The translations under genes and the position numbers were made by a program. Below the pieces are notes generated by a model. That model was not told the origin of the DNA. It was given only the letters and a program-made list of their open reading frames with translations, and did no database searches. From Eledone cirrhosa (Eukaryota), in assembly GCA_964016885.1 (NCBI GenBank), contig OZ024744.1:22320001-22384000 (forward strand): a stretch of DNA of 64,000 bases, in the 5' to 3' direction. Shown here in pieces: positions 12,400 through 25,769 of the stretch (position 1 is its first letter; each line of letters opens with the position of its first letter).

Positions 12400-15300
12400 G
12401 TTGTCATGGTCAGTTATGTTGACATAGATAACATAGGTGGGATGTTGTCCTGGTGGTCAGTTAGGTTGACATAGATAACATAGAGTGAGATGTTGTCGTG
12501 GTGGTCAGTTAGGTTGATATACATAACATAGAGTGAGATGTTGTCGTGGTAGTCAGTTAGGTTGACATAGATAACATAGGTGGGATCTTGTCGTGGTCAG
12601 TTAGATTGACATAGATAACATAGGTGGGATGTTGTCGTGGTCAGTTAGGTTGACATAGATAACATTGAGTGAGATGTTGTCGTCGTGGTCAGTTAGGTTG
12701 ACATAGATAACATAGGTGGGATGTTGTCGTGGTGGTCAGTTAGTTTGACATAGAGAACATAGGTGAGATGTTGTCGTGGTGGTCAGTTAGGTTGACATAG
12801 ATAACATAGAGTGAGATGTTGTCGTGGTGGTCAGTTAGGTTGACATAGATAACATAGAGTGAGATGTTGTCGTGGTGGTCAGTTAGGTTGACATAGATAA
12901 CATAGAGTGAGATGTTGTCGTGGTGGTCTTTTAGGTTGACATTGATAACATAGGTGGGATGTTGTCGTGGTGGTCAGTTAGGTTGACATAGATAACATAG
13001 GTGGGATGTTGTCGTGGTGGTCAGTTAGGTTGACATAGATAACATAGGTGGGATGTTGTCGTGGTGGTCAGTTAGGTTGACATAGATTACATAGGTGGGA
13101 TGTTGACATGGTCAGTTAGGTTGACATAGATAACATAGAGTGAGATGTTGTCGTGGTGGTCAGTTAGGTTGGCATAGATACCATAGAGTGAGATGTTGTC
13201 GTGGTGGTCAGTTAGGTTGACATAGATAACATAGGTGGGATGTTGTCATGGTCAGTTAGGTTGCCATAGATAACATAGAGTGAGATGATGTCGTGATGGT
13301 CAGTCAGTTTGACATTGATAACATAGAGTGAGATGTTGTCGTGGTGGTCAGTTATGTTGACATAGATAACATAGGTGGGATGTTGTCCTGGTGGTCAGTT
13401 AGGTTGACATAGATAACATAGAGTGAGATGTTGTCGTGGTTGTCAGTTAGGTTGATATACATAACATAGAGTGAGATGTTGTCGTGGTAGTCAGTTAGGT
13501 TGACATAGATAACATAGGTGGGATCTTGTCGTGGTCAGTTAGATTGACATAGATAACATAGGTGGGATGTTGTCGTGGTCAGTTAGGTTGACATAGATAA
13601 CATTGAGTGAGATGTTGTCGTCGTGGTCAGTTAGGTTGACATAGATAACATAGGTGGGATGTTGTCGTGGTGGTCAGTTAGTTTGACATAGAGAACATAG
13701 GTGAGATGTTGTCGTGGTGGTCAGTTAGGTTGACATAGATAACATAGAGTGAGATGTTGTCGTGGTGGTCAGTTAGGTTGACATAGATAACATAGAGTGA
13801 GATGTTGTCGTGGTGGTCAGTTAGGTTGACATAGATAACATAGAGTGAGATGTTGTCGTGGTGGTCTTTTAGGTTGACATTGATAACATAGGTGGGATGT
13901 TGTCGTGGTGGTCAGTTAGGTTGACATAGATAACATAGGTGGGATGTTGTCGTGGTGGTCAGTTAGGTTGACATAGATAACATAGGTGGGATGTTGTCGT
14001 GGTGGTCAGTTAGGTTGACATAGATTACATAGGTGGGATGTTGACATGGTCAGTTAGGTTGACATAGATAACATATAGTGAGATGTTGTCGTGGTGGTCA
14101 GTTAGGTTGGCATAGATACCATAGAGTGAGATGTTGTCGTGGTGGTCAGTTAGGTTGACATAGATAACATAGGTGGGATGTTGTCATGGTCAGTTAGGTT
14201 GCCATAGATAACATAGAGTGAGATGATGTCGTGATGGTCAGTCAGTTTGACATTGATAACATAGAGTGAGATGTTGTCGTGGTGGTCAGTTAGGTTGACA
14301 TAGATAACATAGAGTGAGATGTTGTCGTGGTGGTCTTTTAGGTTGACATTGATAACATAGGTGGGATGTTGTCGTGGTGGTCAGTTAGGTTGACATAGAT
14401 AACATAGGTGGGATGTTGTCGTGGTGGTCAGTTAGGTTGACATAGATAACATAGGTGGGATGTTGTCGTGGTGGTCAGTTAGGTTGACATAGATTACATA
14501 GGTGGGATGTTGACATGGTCAGTTAGGTTGACATAGATAACATAGAGTGAGATGTTGTCGTGGTGGTCAGTTAGGTTGGCATAGATACCATAGAGTGAGA
14601 TGTTGTCGTGGTGGTCAGTTAGGTTGACATAGATAACATAGGTGGGATGTTGTCATGGTCAGTTAGGTTGCCATAGATAACATAGAGTGAGATGATGTCG
14701 TGATGGTCAGTCAGTTTGACATTGATAACATAGAGTGAGATGTTGTCGTGGTGGTCAGTTATGTTGACATAGATAACATAGGTGGGATGTTGTCCTGGTG
14801 GTCAGTTAGGTTGACATAGATAACATAGAGTGAGATGTTGTCGTGGTTGTCAGTTAGGTTGATATACATAACATAGAGTGAGATGTTGTCGTGGTAGTCA
14901 GTTAGGTTGACATAGATAACATAGGTGGGATCTTGTCGTGGTCAGTTAGATTGACATAGATAACATAGGTGGGATGTTGTCGTGGTCAGTTAGGTTGACA
15001 TAGATAACATTGAGTGAGATGTTGTCGTCGTGGTCAGTTAGGTTGACATAGATAACATAGGTGGGATGTTGTCGTGGTGGTCAGTTAGTTTGACATAGAG
15101 AACATAGGTGAGATGTTGTCGTGGTGGTCAGTTAGGTTGACATAGATAACATAGAGTGAGATGTTGTCGTGGTGGTCAGTTAGGTTGACATAGATAACAT
15201 AGAGTGAGATGTTGTCGTGGTGGTCAGTTAGGTTGACATAGATAACATAGAGTGAGATGTTGTCGTGGTGGTCTTTTAGGTTGACATTGATAACATAGGT

Positions 15301-15700
15301 GGGATGTTGTCGTGGTGGTCAGTTAGGTTGACATAGATAACATAGGTGGGATGTTGTCGTGGTGGTCAGTTAGGTTGACATAGATAACATAGGTGGGATG
15401 TTGTCGTGGTGGTCAGTTAGGTTGACATAGATTACATAGGTGGGATGTTGACATGGTCAGTTAGGTTGACATAGATAACATATAGTGAGATGTTGTCGTG
15501 GTGGTCAGTTAGGTTGGCATAGATACCATAGAGTGAGATGTTGTCGTGGTGGTCAGTTAGGTTGACATAGATAACATAGGTGGGATGTTGTCATGGTCAG
15601 TTAGGTTGCCATAGATAACATAGAGTGAGATGATGTCGTGATGGTCAGTCAGTTTGACATTGATAACATAGAGTGAGATGTTGTCGTGGTGGTCAGTTAG
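12400..15700 (+). repeat. Nested higher-order duplications, periods 938 bp and 1407 bp
   Basis: Marker cagtcagtttgac at 13301, 14239, 14708 and 15646 (offsets 938, 469, 938). Markers tgtcagttaggttgatatac at 13441/14848 and acatatagtg at 14071/15478 (offset 1407). Confidence 0.85.
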
Positions 15701-16509
15701 GTTGACATAGATAACATAGGTGAGATGTTGTCGTGGTGGTCAGTTAGGTTGACATAGATAACATAGGTGGGATGTTGTCGTGGTGGTCAGTTAGGTTGAC
15801 ATAGATAATATAGGTTGGATATTGTCGTGGTGGTCAGTTATGTTGACATAGATAACATAGAGTGAGATGTTGTCGTGGTCAGTTAGGTTGACATAGATAA
15901 CATAGGTGGGATGTTGTCGTGGTGGTCAGTTAGGTTGACATAGAAAACATAGAGTGAGATGTTGTCGTGGTGGTCAGTTAGGTTGACATAGATAACATAG
16001 GTGGGATGTTGTCGTGGTGGTCATTTAGTTTGACATAGAGAACATAGGTGAGATGTTGTCGTGGTGGTCAGTTAGGTTGACATAGATAACATAGAGTGAG
16101 ATGTTGTCGTGGTGGTCAGTTATGTTGACATAGATAACATAGAGTGAGATGTTGTCGTGGTGGTCAGTTAGGTTGACATCGATAACATAGGTGGGATGTT
16201 GTCGTGGTGGTTAGTTAGGTTGACATAGATAACATAGAGTGAGATGTTGTCGTGGTGGTCTTTTAGGTTGACATTGATAACATAGGTGGAATGTTGTCGT
16301 GGTGGTCAGTTAGGTTGATATAGATAACATAGAGTGAGATGTTGTCGTGGTGGTCAGTTACGTTGACATAGATAACATAGGTGGGAAGTTGTCGTGGTGG
16401 TCAGTTAGGTTGACATAGATAACATAGGTTGGATATTGTCGTGGTAGTCAGTTAGGTTGACATAGATAACATAGAGTGAGATGTTGTCGTGGTGGTCAGT
16501 TAGCTTGAC

Positions 16510-19500
16510 ATAGATAACATAGAGTGAGATGTTGTCGTGGTGGTCAGTTAGGTTGACATAGATAACATGGAGTGAGATGTTGTCGTGGTGGTCAGTTAGG
16601 TTGACATAGATAACATAGGGTGAGATGTTGTCGTGGTGGTCAGTTAGGTTGACATAGATAACATAGGGTGAGATGTCGTCGTGGTGGTCAGTTAGGTTGA
16701 CATAGATAACATAGGTGGTATTTTGTCATGGTCAGTTATGTTGACATAGATAACATAGGTGGGATGTTGTCCTGGTGGTCAGTTAGGTTGACATAGATAA
16801 CATAGAGTGAGATGTTGTCGTGGTGGTCAGTTAGGTTGATATACATAACATAGAGTGAGATGTTGTCGTGGTGGTCAGTTAGGTTGACATAGATAACATA
16901 GGTGGGATCTTGTCGTGGTCAGTTAGATTGACATAGATAACATAGGTGGGATGTTGTCGTGGTCAGTTAGGTTGACATAGATAACATTGAGTGAGATGTT
17001 GTCGTCGTGGTCAGTTAGGTTGACATAGATAACATAGGTGGGATGTTGTCGTGGTGGTCAGTTAGTTTGACATAGAGAACATAGGTGAGATGTTGTCGTG
17101 GTGGTCAGTTAGGTTGACATAGATAACATAGAGTGAGATGTTGTCGTGGTGGTCAGTTAGGTTGACATAGATAACATAGAGTGAGATGTTGTCGTGGTGG
17201 TCAGTTAGGTTGACATAGATAACATAGAGTGAGATGTTGTCGTGGTGGTCTTTTAGGTTGACATTGATAACATAGGTGGGATGTTGTCGTGGTGGTCAGT
17301 TAGGTTGACATAGATAACATAGGTGGGATGTTGTCGTGGTGGTCAGTTACGTTGACATAGATAACATAGAGTGATATGTTGTCGTGGTGGTCAGTTAGGT
17401 TGACATAGATAACAGAGTGATATGTTGTCGTGGTGGTCAGTTAGGTTGACATAGATAATATTGGTGGGATGTTGTCTTGGTCAGTTAGGTTGACATAGAT
17501 AACATAGAGTGAGATGTTGTCGTGGTGGACAGTTCGGTTGACATAGATAACATAGAGTGAGATGTTGTCGTGGTGGTCAGTTAGGTTGACATAGATAACA
17601 TAGAGTGAGATGTTGTCGTGGTGGTCAGTTAGGTTGACATAGATAACATAGAGTGAGATGTTGTCGTGGTCAGTTAGGTTGACATAGATAACATAGGTGG
17701 GATGTTGTCGTGGTCAGTTAGGTTGACATAGATAACATAGGTGGGATGTTGTCGTGGTGGTCAGTTAGGTTGACATAGATTACATAGGTGGGATGTTGAC
17801 ATGGTCAGTTAGGTTGACATAGATAACATAGAGTGAGATGTTGTCGTGGTGGTCAGTTAGGTTGGCATAGATACCATAGAGTGAGATGTTGTCGTGGTGG
17901 TCAGTTAGGTTGACATAGATAACATAGAGTGAGATGATGTCGTGGTGGTCAGTTAGGTTGACATAGATAACATAGGTGGGATGTTGTCCTGGTGGTCAGT
18001 TAGGTTGACATACATAACATAGAGTGAGATGTTGTCGTGGTGGTCAGTTAGGTTGACATAGATAACATATTTGAGATGTTGTCGCGGTCGGTTAGGTTGA
18101 CATAGATAACATAGAGTGAGATGTTGTCGTGGTGGTCAGTTAGGTTGACATAGATAACATGGAGTGAGATGTTGTCGTGGTGGTCAGTTAGGTTGACATA
18201 GATAACATAGGGTGAGATGTTGTCGTGGTGGTCAGTTAGGTTGACATAGATAACATAGGGTGAGATGTCGTCGTGGTGGTCAGTTAGGTTGACATAGATA
18301 ACATAGGTGGTATGTTGTCATGGTCAGTTATGTTGACATAGATAACATAGGTGGGATGTTGTCCTGGTGGTCAGTTAGGTTGACATAGATAACATAGAGT
18401 GAGATGTTGTCGTGGTGGTCAGTTAGGTTGATATACATAACATAGAGTGAGATGTTGTCGTGGTGGTCAGTTAGGTTGACATAGATAACATAGGTGGGAT
18501 CTTGTCGTGGTCAGTTAGGTTGACATAGATAACATTGAGTGAGATGTTGTCGTCGTGGTCAGTTAGGTTGACATAGATAACATAGGTGGGATGTTGTCGT
18601 GGTGGTCAGTTAGTTTGACATAGAGAACATAGGTGAGATGTTGTCGTGGTGGTCAGTTAGGTTGACATAGATAACATAGAGTGAGATGTTGTCGTGGTGG
18701 TCAGTTAGGTTGACATAGATAACATAGAGTGAGATGTTGTCGTGGTGGTCAGTTAGGTTGACATAGATAACATAGAGTGAGATGTTGTCGTGGTGGTCTT
18801 TTAGGTTGACATTGATAACATAGGTGGGATGTTGTCGTGGTGGTCAGTTAGGTTGACATAGATAACATAGGTGGGATGTTGTCGTGGTGGTCAGTTACGT
18901 TGACATAGATAACATAGAGTGATATGTTGTCGTGGTGGTCAGTTAGGTTGACATAGATAACAGAGTGATATGTTGTCGTGGTGGTCAGTTAGGTTGACAT
19001 AGATAATATTGGTGGGATGTTGTCGTGGTCAGTTAGGTTGACATAGATAACATAGAGTGAGATGTTGTCGTGGTGGACAGTTCGGTTGACATAGATAACA
19101 TAGAGTGAGATGTTGTCGTGGTGGTCAGTTAGGTTGACATAGATAACATAGAGTGAGATGTTGTCGTGGTGGTCAGTTAGGTTGACATAGATAACATAGA
19201 GTGAGATGTTGTCGTGGTCAGTTAGGTTGACATAGATAACATAGGTGGGATGTTGTCGTGGTCAGTTAGGTTGACATAGATTACATAGGTGGGATGTTGT
19301 CGTGGTGGTCAGTTAGGTTGACATAGATTACATAGGTGGGATGTTGACATGGTCAGTTAGGTTGACATAGATAACATAGAGTGAGATGTTGTCGTGGTGG
19401 TCAGTTAGGTTGGCATAGATACCATAGAGTGAGATGTTGTCGTGGTGGTCAGTTAGGTTGACATAGATAACATAGAGTGAGATGATGTCGTGGTGGTCAG

Positions 19501-19700
19501 TTAGGTTGACATAGATAACATAGGTGGGATGTTGTCCTGGTGGTCAGTTAGGTTGACATACATAACATAGAGTGAGATGTTGTCGTGGTGGTCAGTTAGG
19601 TTGACATAGATAACATATTTGAGATGTTGTCGCGGTCGGTTAGGTTGACATAGATAACATAGAGTGAGATGTTGTCGTGGTGGTCAGTTAGGTTGACATA
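16510..19700 (+). repeat. Higher-order tandem duplication, period about 1548-1592 bp
   Basis: ggacagttcgg at 17527/19075 and gtcgcggtcg at 18081/19629 (offset 1548). atggagtgag at 16567/18159 (offset 1592), i.e. one 44-bp monomer was lost from the second copy. Confidence 0.8.
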
Positions 19701-22700
19701 GATAACATAGAGTGGGATGTTGTCGTGGTCAGTTAGATTGACATAGATAACATAGGTGGGATGTTGTCGTGGTCAGTTAGGTTGACATAGATAACATAGG
19801 TGAGATGTTGTCGTGGTGGTCAGTTAGGTTGATATAGATAACATTGAGTGAGATGTTGTCGTCGTGGTCAGTTAGGTTGACATAGATAATATAGAGTGAG
19901 ATGTTGTCGTGGTCAGTTAGGTTGACATATATAACATAGAGTGAGATGTTGTCGTGGTGGTCAGTTAGGTTGACATAGATAACATAGGTGGGATGTTGTC
20001 GTGGTGGTCAGTTAGTTTGACATAGAGAACATAGGTGAGATGTTGTCGTGGTGGTCAGTTAGGTTGACATAGATAACATAGAGTGAGATGTTGTCGTGGT
20101 GGTCAGTTAGGTTGACATAGATAACATAGAGTGAGATGTTGTCGTGGTGGTCAGTTAGGTTGACATCGATAACATAGGTGGGATGTTGTCGTGGTGGTCA
20201 GTTAGGTTGACATAGATAACATAGAGTGAGATGTTGTCGTGGTGGTCAGTTACGTTGACATAGATAACATAGAGTGATATGTTGTCGTGGTGGTCAGTTA
20301 GGTTGACATAGATAACAGAGTGATATGTTGTCGTGGTGGTCAGTTAGGTTGACATAGATAATATTGGTGGGATGTTGTCGTGGTCAGTTAGGTTGACATA
20401 GATAACATAGAGTGAGATGTTGTCGTGGTGGTCAGTTCGGTTGACATAGATAACATAGAGTGAGATGTTGTCGTGGTGGTCAGTTAGGTTGACATAGATA
20501 ACATAGAGTGAGATGTTGTCGTGGTGGTCAGTTAGGTTGACATAGATAACATAGAGTGAGATGTTGTCGTGGTCAGTTAGTTTGACATAGATAACATAGG
20601 TGGGATGTTGTCGTGGTCAGTTAGGTTGACATAGATAACATAGGTGGGATGTTGTCGTGGTGGTCAGTTAGGTTGACATAGATTACATAGGTGGGATGTT
20701 GACATGGTCAGTTAGGTTGACGTAGATAACATAGAGAGAGATGTTGTCGTGGTGGTCAGTTAGGTTGGCATAGATACCATAGAGTGAGATGTTGTCGTGG
20801 TGGTCAGTTAGGTTGACATAGATAACATAGGTGGGATGTTGTCATGGTCAGTTAGGTTGCCATAGATAACATAGAGTGAGATGATGTCGTGATGGTCAGT
20901 TAGTTTGACATTGATAACATAGAGTGAGATGTTGTCGTGGTGGTCAGTTAGGTTGACATAGATAACATAGGTGAGATGTTGTCGTGGTGGTCAGTTAGGT
21001 TGACATAGATAACATAGGTGGGATGTTGTCGTGGTGGTCAGTTAGGTTGACATAGATAATATAGGTTGGATATTGTCGTGGTAGTCAGTTATGTTGACAT
21101 AGATAACATAGAGTGAGATGTTGTCGTGGTGGTCAGTTAGCTTGACATAGAAAACATAGAGTGACATGTTGTCGTGGTGGTCAGTTAGGTTGACATAGAT
21201 AACATAGAGTGAGATGTTGTCGTGGTGGTCAGTTAGGTTGACATAGATAACATGGAGTGAGATGTTGTCGTGGTGGTCAGTTAGGTTGACATAGATAACA
21301 TAGGGTGAGATGTTGTCGTGGTGGTCAGTTAGGTTGACATAGATAACATAGGGTGAGATGTTGTCGTGGTGGTCAGTTAGGTTGAAATAGATAACATAGG
21401 TGGGATGTTGTCATGGTCAGTTAGGTTGACATAGATAACATATGTGGGATGTTGTCCTGGTGGTCAGTTAGGTTGACATACATAACATAGAGTGAGATGT
21501 TGTCGTGGTGGTCAGTTAGGTTGACATAGATAACATATTTGAGATGTTGTCGCGGTCGGTTAGGTTGACATAGATAACATAGAGTGAGATGTTGTCGTGG
21601 TGGTCAGTTAGGTTGACATAGATAACATAGGTGGGATGTTGTCGTGGTCAGTTAGATTGACATAGATAACATAGGTGGGATGTTGTCGTGGTCAGTTAGG
21701 TTGATATAGATAACATTGAGTGAGATGTTGTCGTCGTGGTCAGTTAGGTTGACATAGATAATATAGAGTGAGATGTTGTCGTGGTCAGTTAGGTTGACAT
21801 ATATAACATAGAGTGAGATGTTGTCGTGGTGGTCAGTTAGGTTGACATAGATAACATAGGTGGGATGTTGTCGTGGTGGTCAGTTAGTTTGACATAGAGA
21901 ACATAGGTGAGATGTTGTCGTGGTGGTCAGTTAGGTTGACATAGATAACATAGAGTGAGATGTTGTCGTGGTGGTCAGTTAGGTTGACATAGATAACATA
22001 GAGTGAGATGTTGTCGTGGTGGGCAGTTAGGTTGACATAGATAACATAGGTGGGATGTTGTCATGGTCAGTTAGGTTGCCATAGATAACATAGAGTGAGA
22101 TGATTTCGTGATGGTCAGTTAGTTTGACATTGATAACATAGAGTGAGATGTTGTCGTGGTGGTCAGTTAGGTTGACATAGATAACATAGGTGAGATGTTG
22201 TCGTGGTGGTCAGTTAGGTTGACATAGATAACATAGGTGGGATGTTGTCGTGGTGGTCAGTTAGGTTGACATAGATAATATAGGTTGGATATCGTCGTGG
22301 TAGTCAGTTATGTTGACATAGATAACATAGAGTGAGATGTTGTCGTGGTGGTCAGTTAGGTTGACATAGATAACATAGAGTGAGATGTTGTCGTGGTGGT
22401 CAGTTAGGTTGACATAGATAACATAGGTGGAATGTTGTCGTGGTGGTCAGTTAGTTTGACATAGAGAACATAGGTGAGATGTTGTCGTGGTGGTCAGTTA
22501 GGTTGACATAGATAACATAGAGTGAGATGTTGTCGTGGTGGTCAGTTAGGTTGACATAGATAACATAGAGTGAGATGTTGTCGTGGTGGTCAGTTAGGTT
22601 GACATCGATAACATAGGTGGGATGTTGTCGTGGTGGTCAGTTAGGTTGACATAGATAACATAGAGTGAGATGTTGTCGTGGTGGTCTTTTAGGTTGACAT

Positions 22701-25700
22701 TGATAACATAGGTGGAATGTTGTCGTGGTGGTCAGTTAGGTTGATATAGATAACATAGAGTGAGATGTTGTCGTGGTGGTCAGTTACGTTGACATAGATA
22801 ACATAGGTGGGATGTTGTCGTGGTGGTCAGTTAGGTTGACATAGATAACAGGTTGGATATTGTCGTGGTAGTCAGTTAGGTTGACATAGATAACATAGAG
22901 TGAGATGTTGTCGTGGTGGTCAGTTAGGTTGACATAGATAACATAGAGTGAGATGTTGTCGTGGTGGTCAGTTAGGTTGACATAGATAACATGGAGTGAG
23001 ATGTTGTCGTGGTGGTCAGTTAGGTTGACATAGATAACATAGGGTGAGATGTTGTCGTGGTGGTCAGTTAGGTTGACATAGATAACATAGGGTGAGATGT
23101 CGTCGTGGTGGTCAGTTAGGTTGACATAGATAACATAGGTGGGATGTTGTCCTGGTGGTCAGTTAGGTTGATATACATAACATAGAGTGAGATGTTGTCG
23201 TGGTGGTCAGTTAGGTTGATATACATAACATAGAGTGAGATGTTGTCGTGGTGGTCAGTTAGGTTGACATAGATAACATAGGTGGGATCTTGTCGTGGTC
23301 AGTTAGATTGACATAGATAACATAGGTGGTATGTTGTCGTGGTCAGTTAGGTTGACATAGATGACATTGAGTGAGATGTTGTCGTCGTGGTCAGTTAGGT
23401 TGACATAGATAACATAGGTGGGATGTTGTCGTGGTGGTCAGTTAGTTTGACATAGAGAACATAGGTGAGATGTTGTCGTGGTGGTCAGTTAGGTTGACAT
23501 AGATAACATAGAGTGAGATGTTGTCGTGGTGGTCAGTTAGGTTGACATAGATAACATAGAGTGAGATGTTGTCGTGGTGGTCAGTTAGGTTGACATAGAT
23601 AACATAGAGTGAGATGTTGTCGTGGTGGTCTTTTAGGTTGACATTGATAACATAGGTGGGATGTTGTCGTGGTGGTCAGTTAGGTTGACATAGATAACAT
23701 AGGTGGGATGTTGTCGTGGTGGTCAGTTACGTTGACATAGATAACATAGAGAGATATGTTGTCGTGGTGGTCAGTTACGTTGACATAGATAATATTGGTG
23801 GGATGTTGTCGTGGTCAGTTAGGTTGACAGATAATATTGGTGGGATGTTGTCGTGGTCAGTTAGGTTGACATAGATAACATAGAGTGAGATGTTGTCGTG
23901 GTGGACAGTTCGGTTGACATAGATAACATAGAGTGAGATGTTGTCGTGGTGGTCAGTTAGGTTGACATAGATAACATAGAGTGAGATGTTGTCGTGGTGG
24001 TCAGTTAGGTTGACATAGATAACATAGAGTGAGATGTTGTCGTGGTCAGTTAGGTTGACATAGATAACATAGGTGGGATGTTGTCGTGGTCAGTTAGGTT
24101 GACATAGATAACATAGGTGGGATGTTGTCGTGGTGGTCAGTTAGGTTGACATAGATTACATAGGTGGGATGTTGTCATGTTCAGTTAGGTTGCCATAGAT
24201 AACATAGAGTGAGATGTTGTCGTGGTGGTCAGTTAGGTTGACATAGATAACATAGAGTGGGATGTTTTCGTGGTCGGTTAGGTTGACATACATAACATAG
24301 AGTGAGATGTTGTCGTGGTGGTCAGTTAGGTTGACATAGATAACATAGGTGAGATGTTGTCGTGGTGGTCAGTTAGGTTGATATAGATAACATATAGTGA
24401 GATGTTGTCGTGGTGGTCAGTTAGGTTGACATAGATAACATAGGTGGGCTGTTGTCGAGTTGGTCAGTTAGGTTGACATAGATAACATAGGTGGGATGTT
24501 GTCGTGGTGGTCAGTTAGGTTGACATAGATAACATAGAGTGAGATGTTGTCGTGGTGGTCAGTTAGGTTGACATAGATAACATAGAGTGAGATGTTGTCG
24601 TGGTTGTCAGTTAGGTTGACATAGATAACATAGAGTGAGATGTTGTCGTGGTGGTCAGTTAGGTTGACATAGATAACATAGGTGGGATGTTGTCGTGGTG
24701 GTCAGTTAGGTTGACATAGATAACATAGGTGGGATGTTGTCGTGGTCAGTTTAGTTGACATATATAACATAGGTGGGATGTTGTCGTGGTCAGTTAGGTT
24801 GACATAGATAACATAGAGTGAGATGTTGTCGTGGTGGTCAGTTAGGTTTACATAGATAACATAGGTGGGATGTTGTCGTGGTCAGTTAGGTTGACATAGA
24901 TAACATAGAGTGAGATGTTGTCGTCGTGGTCAGTTAGGCTGACATAGAGAGAATAGAGTGAGATGTTGTCGTGGTCAGTTAGGTTGACATAGATAACATA
25001 GAGTGAGATGTTGTCGTGGTGGTCAGTTTGGTTGACATAGATAACATAGGTGGGATGTTGTCGTGGTGGTCAGTTACGTTGACATAGATAACATAGGTGA
25101 GATGTTGTCGTGGTGGTCAGTTAGGTTGACATAGATAACATAGAGTGAGATGTTGTCGTGGTGGTCAGTTAGGTTGACATAGATAACATAGGTGGGATGT
25201 TGTCGTGGTGGTCAGTTAGGTTGACATAGATAACATAGGTGGGATGTTTTCGTGGTCGGTTAGGTTGACATACATAACATAGAGTGAGATGTTGTCGTGG
25301 TGGTCAGTTAGGTTGACATAGAGAGAATAGAGTGAGATGTTGTCGTGGTCAGTTAGGTTGACATAGATAACATAGAGTGAGATGTTGTCGTGGTGGTCAG
25401 TTAGGTTGACATAGATAACATAGGTGGGATGTTGTCGTGGTGGTTAGTTAGGTTGACATAGATAACATAGGTGGGATGTTGTCGTGGTCAGTTTAGTTGA
25501 CGTATATAACATAGGTGGGATGTTGTCGTGGTCAGTTAGGTTGACATAGATAACATAGAGTGAGATGTTGTCGTGGTGGTCAGTTAGGTTTACATAGATA
25601 ACATAGGTGGGATGTTGTCGTGGTCAGTTAGGTTGACATAGATAACATAGAGTGAGATGTTGTCGTCGTGGTCAGTTAGGCTGACATAGATAACATTGAG

Positions 25701-25769
25701 TGAGATGTTGTCGTCGTGGTCAGTTAGGTTGACATAGATAATATAGAGTGAGATGTTGTCGTGGTCAGT

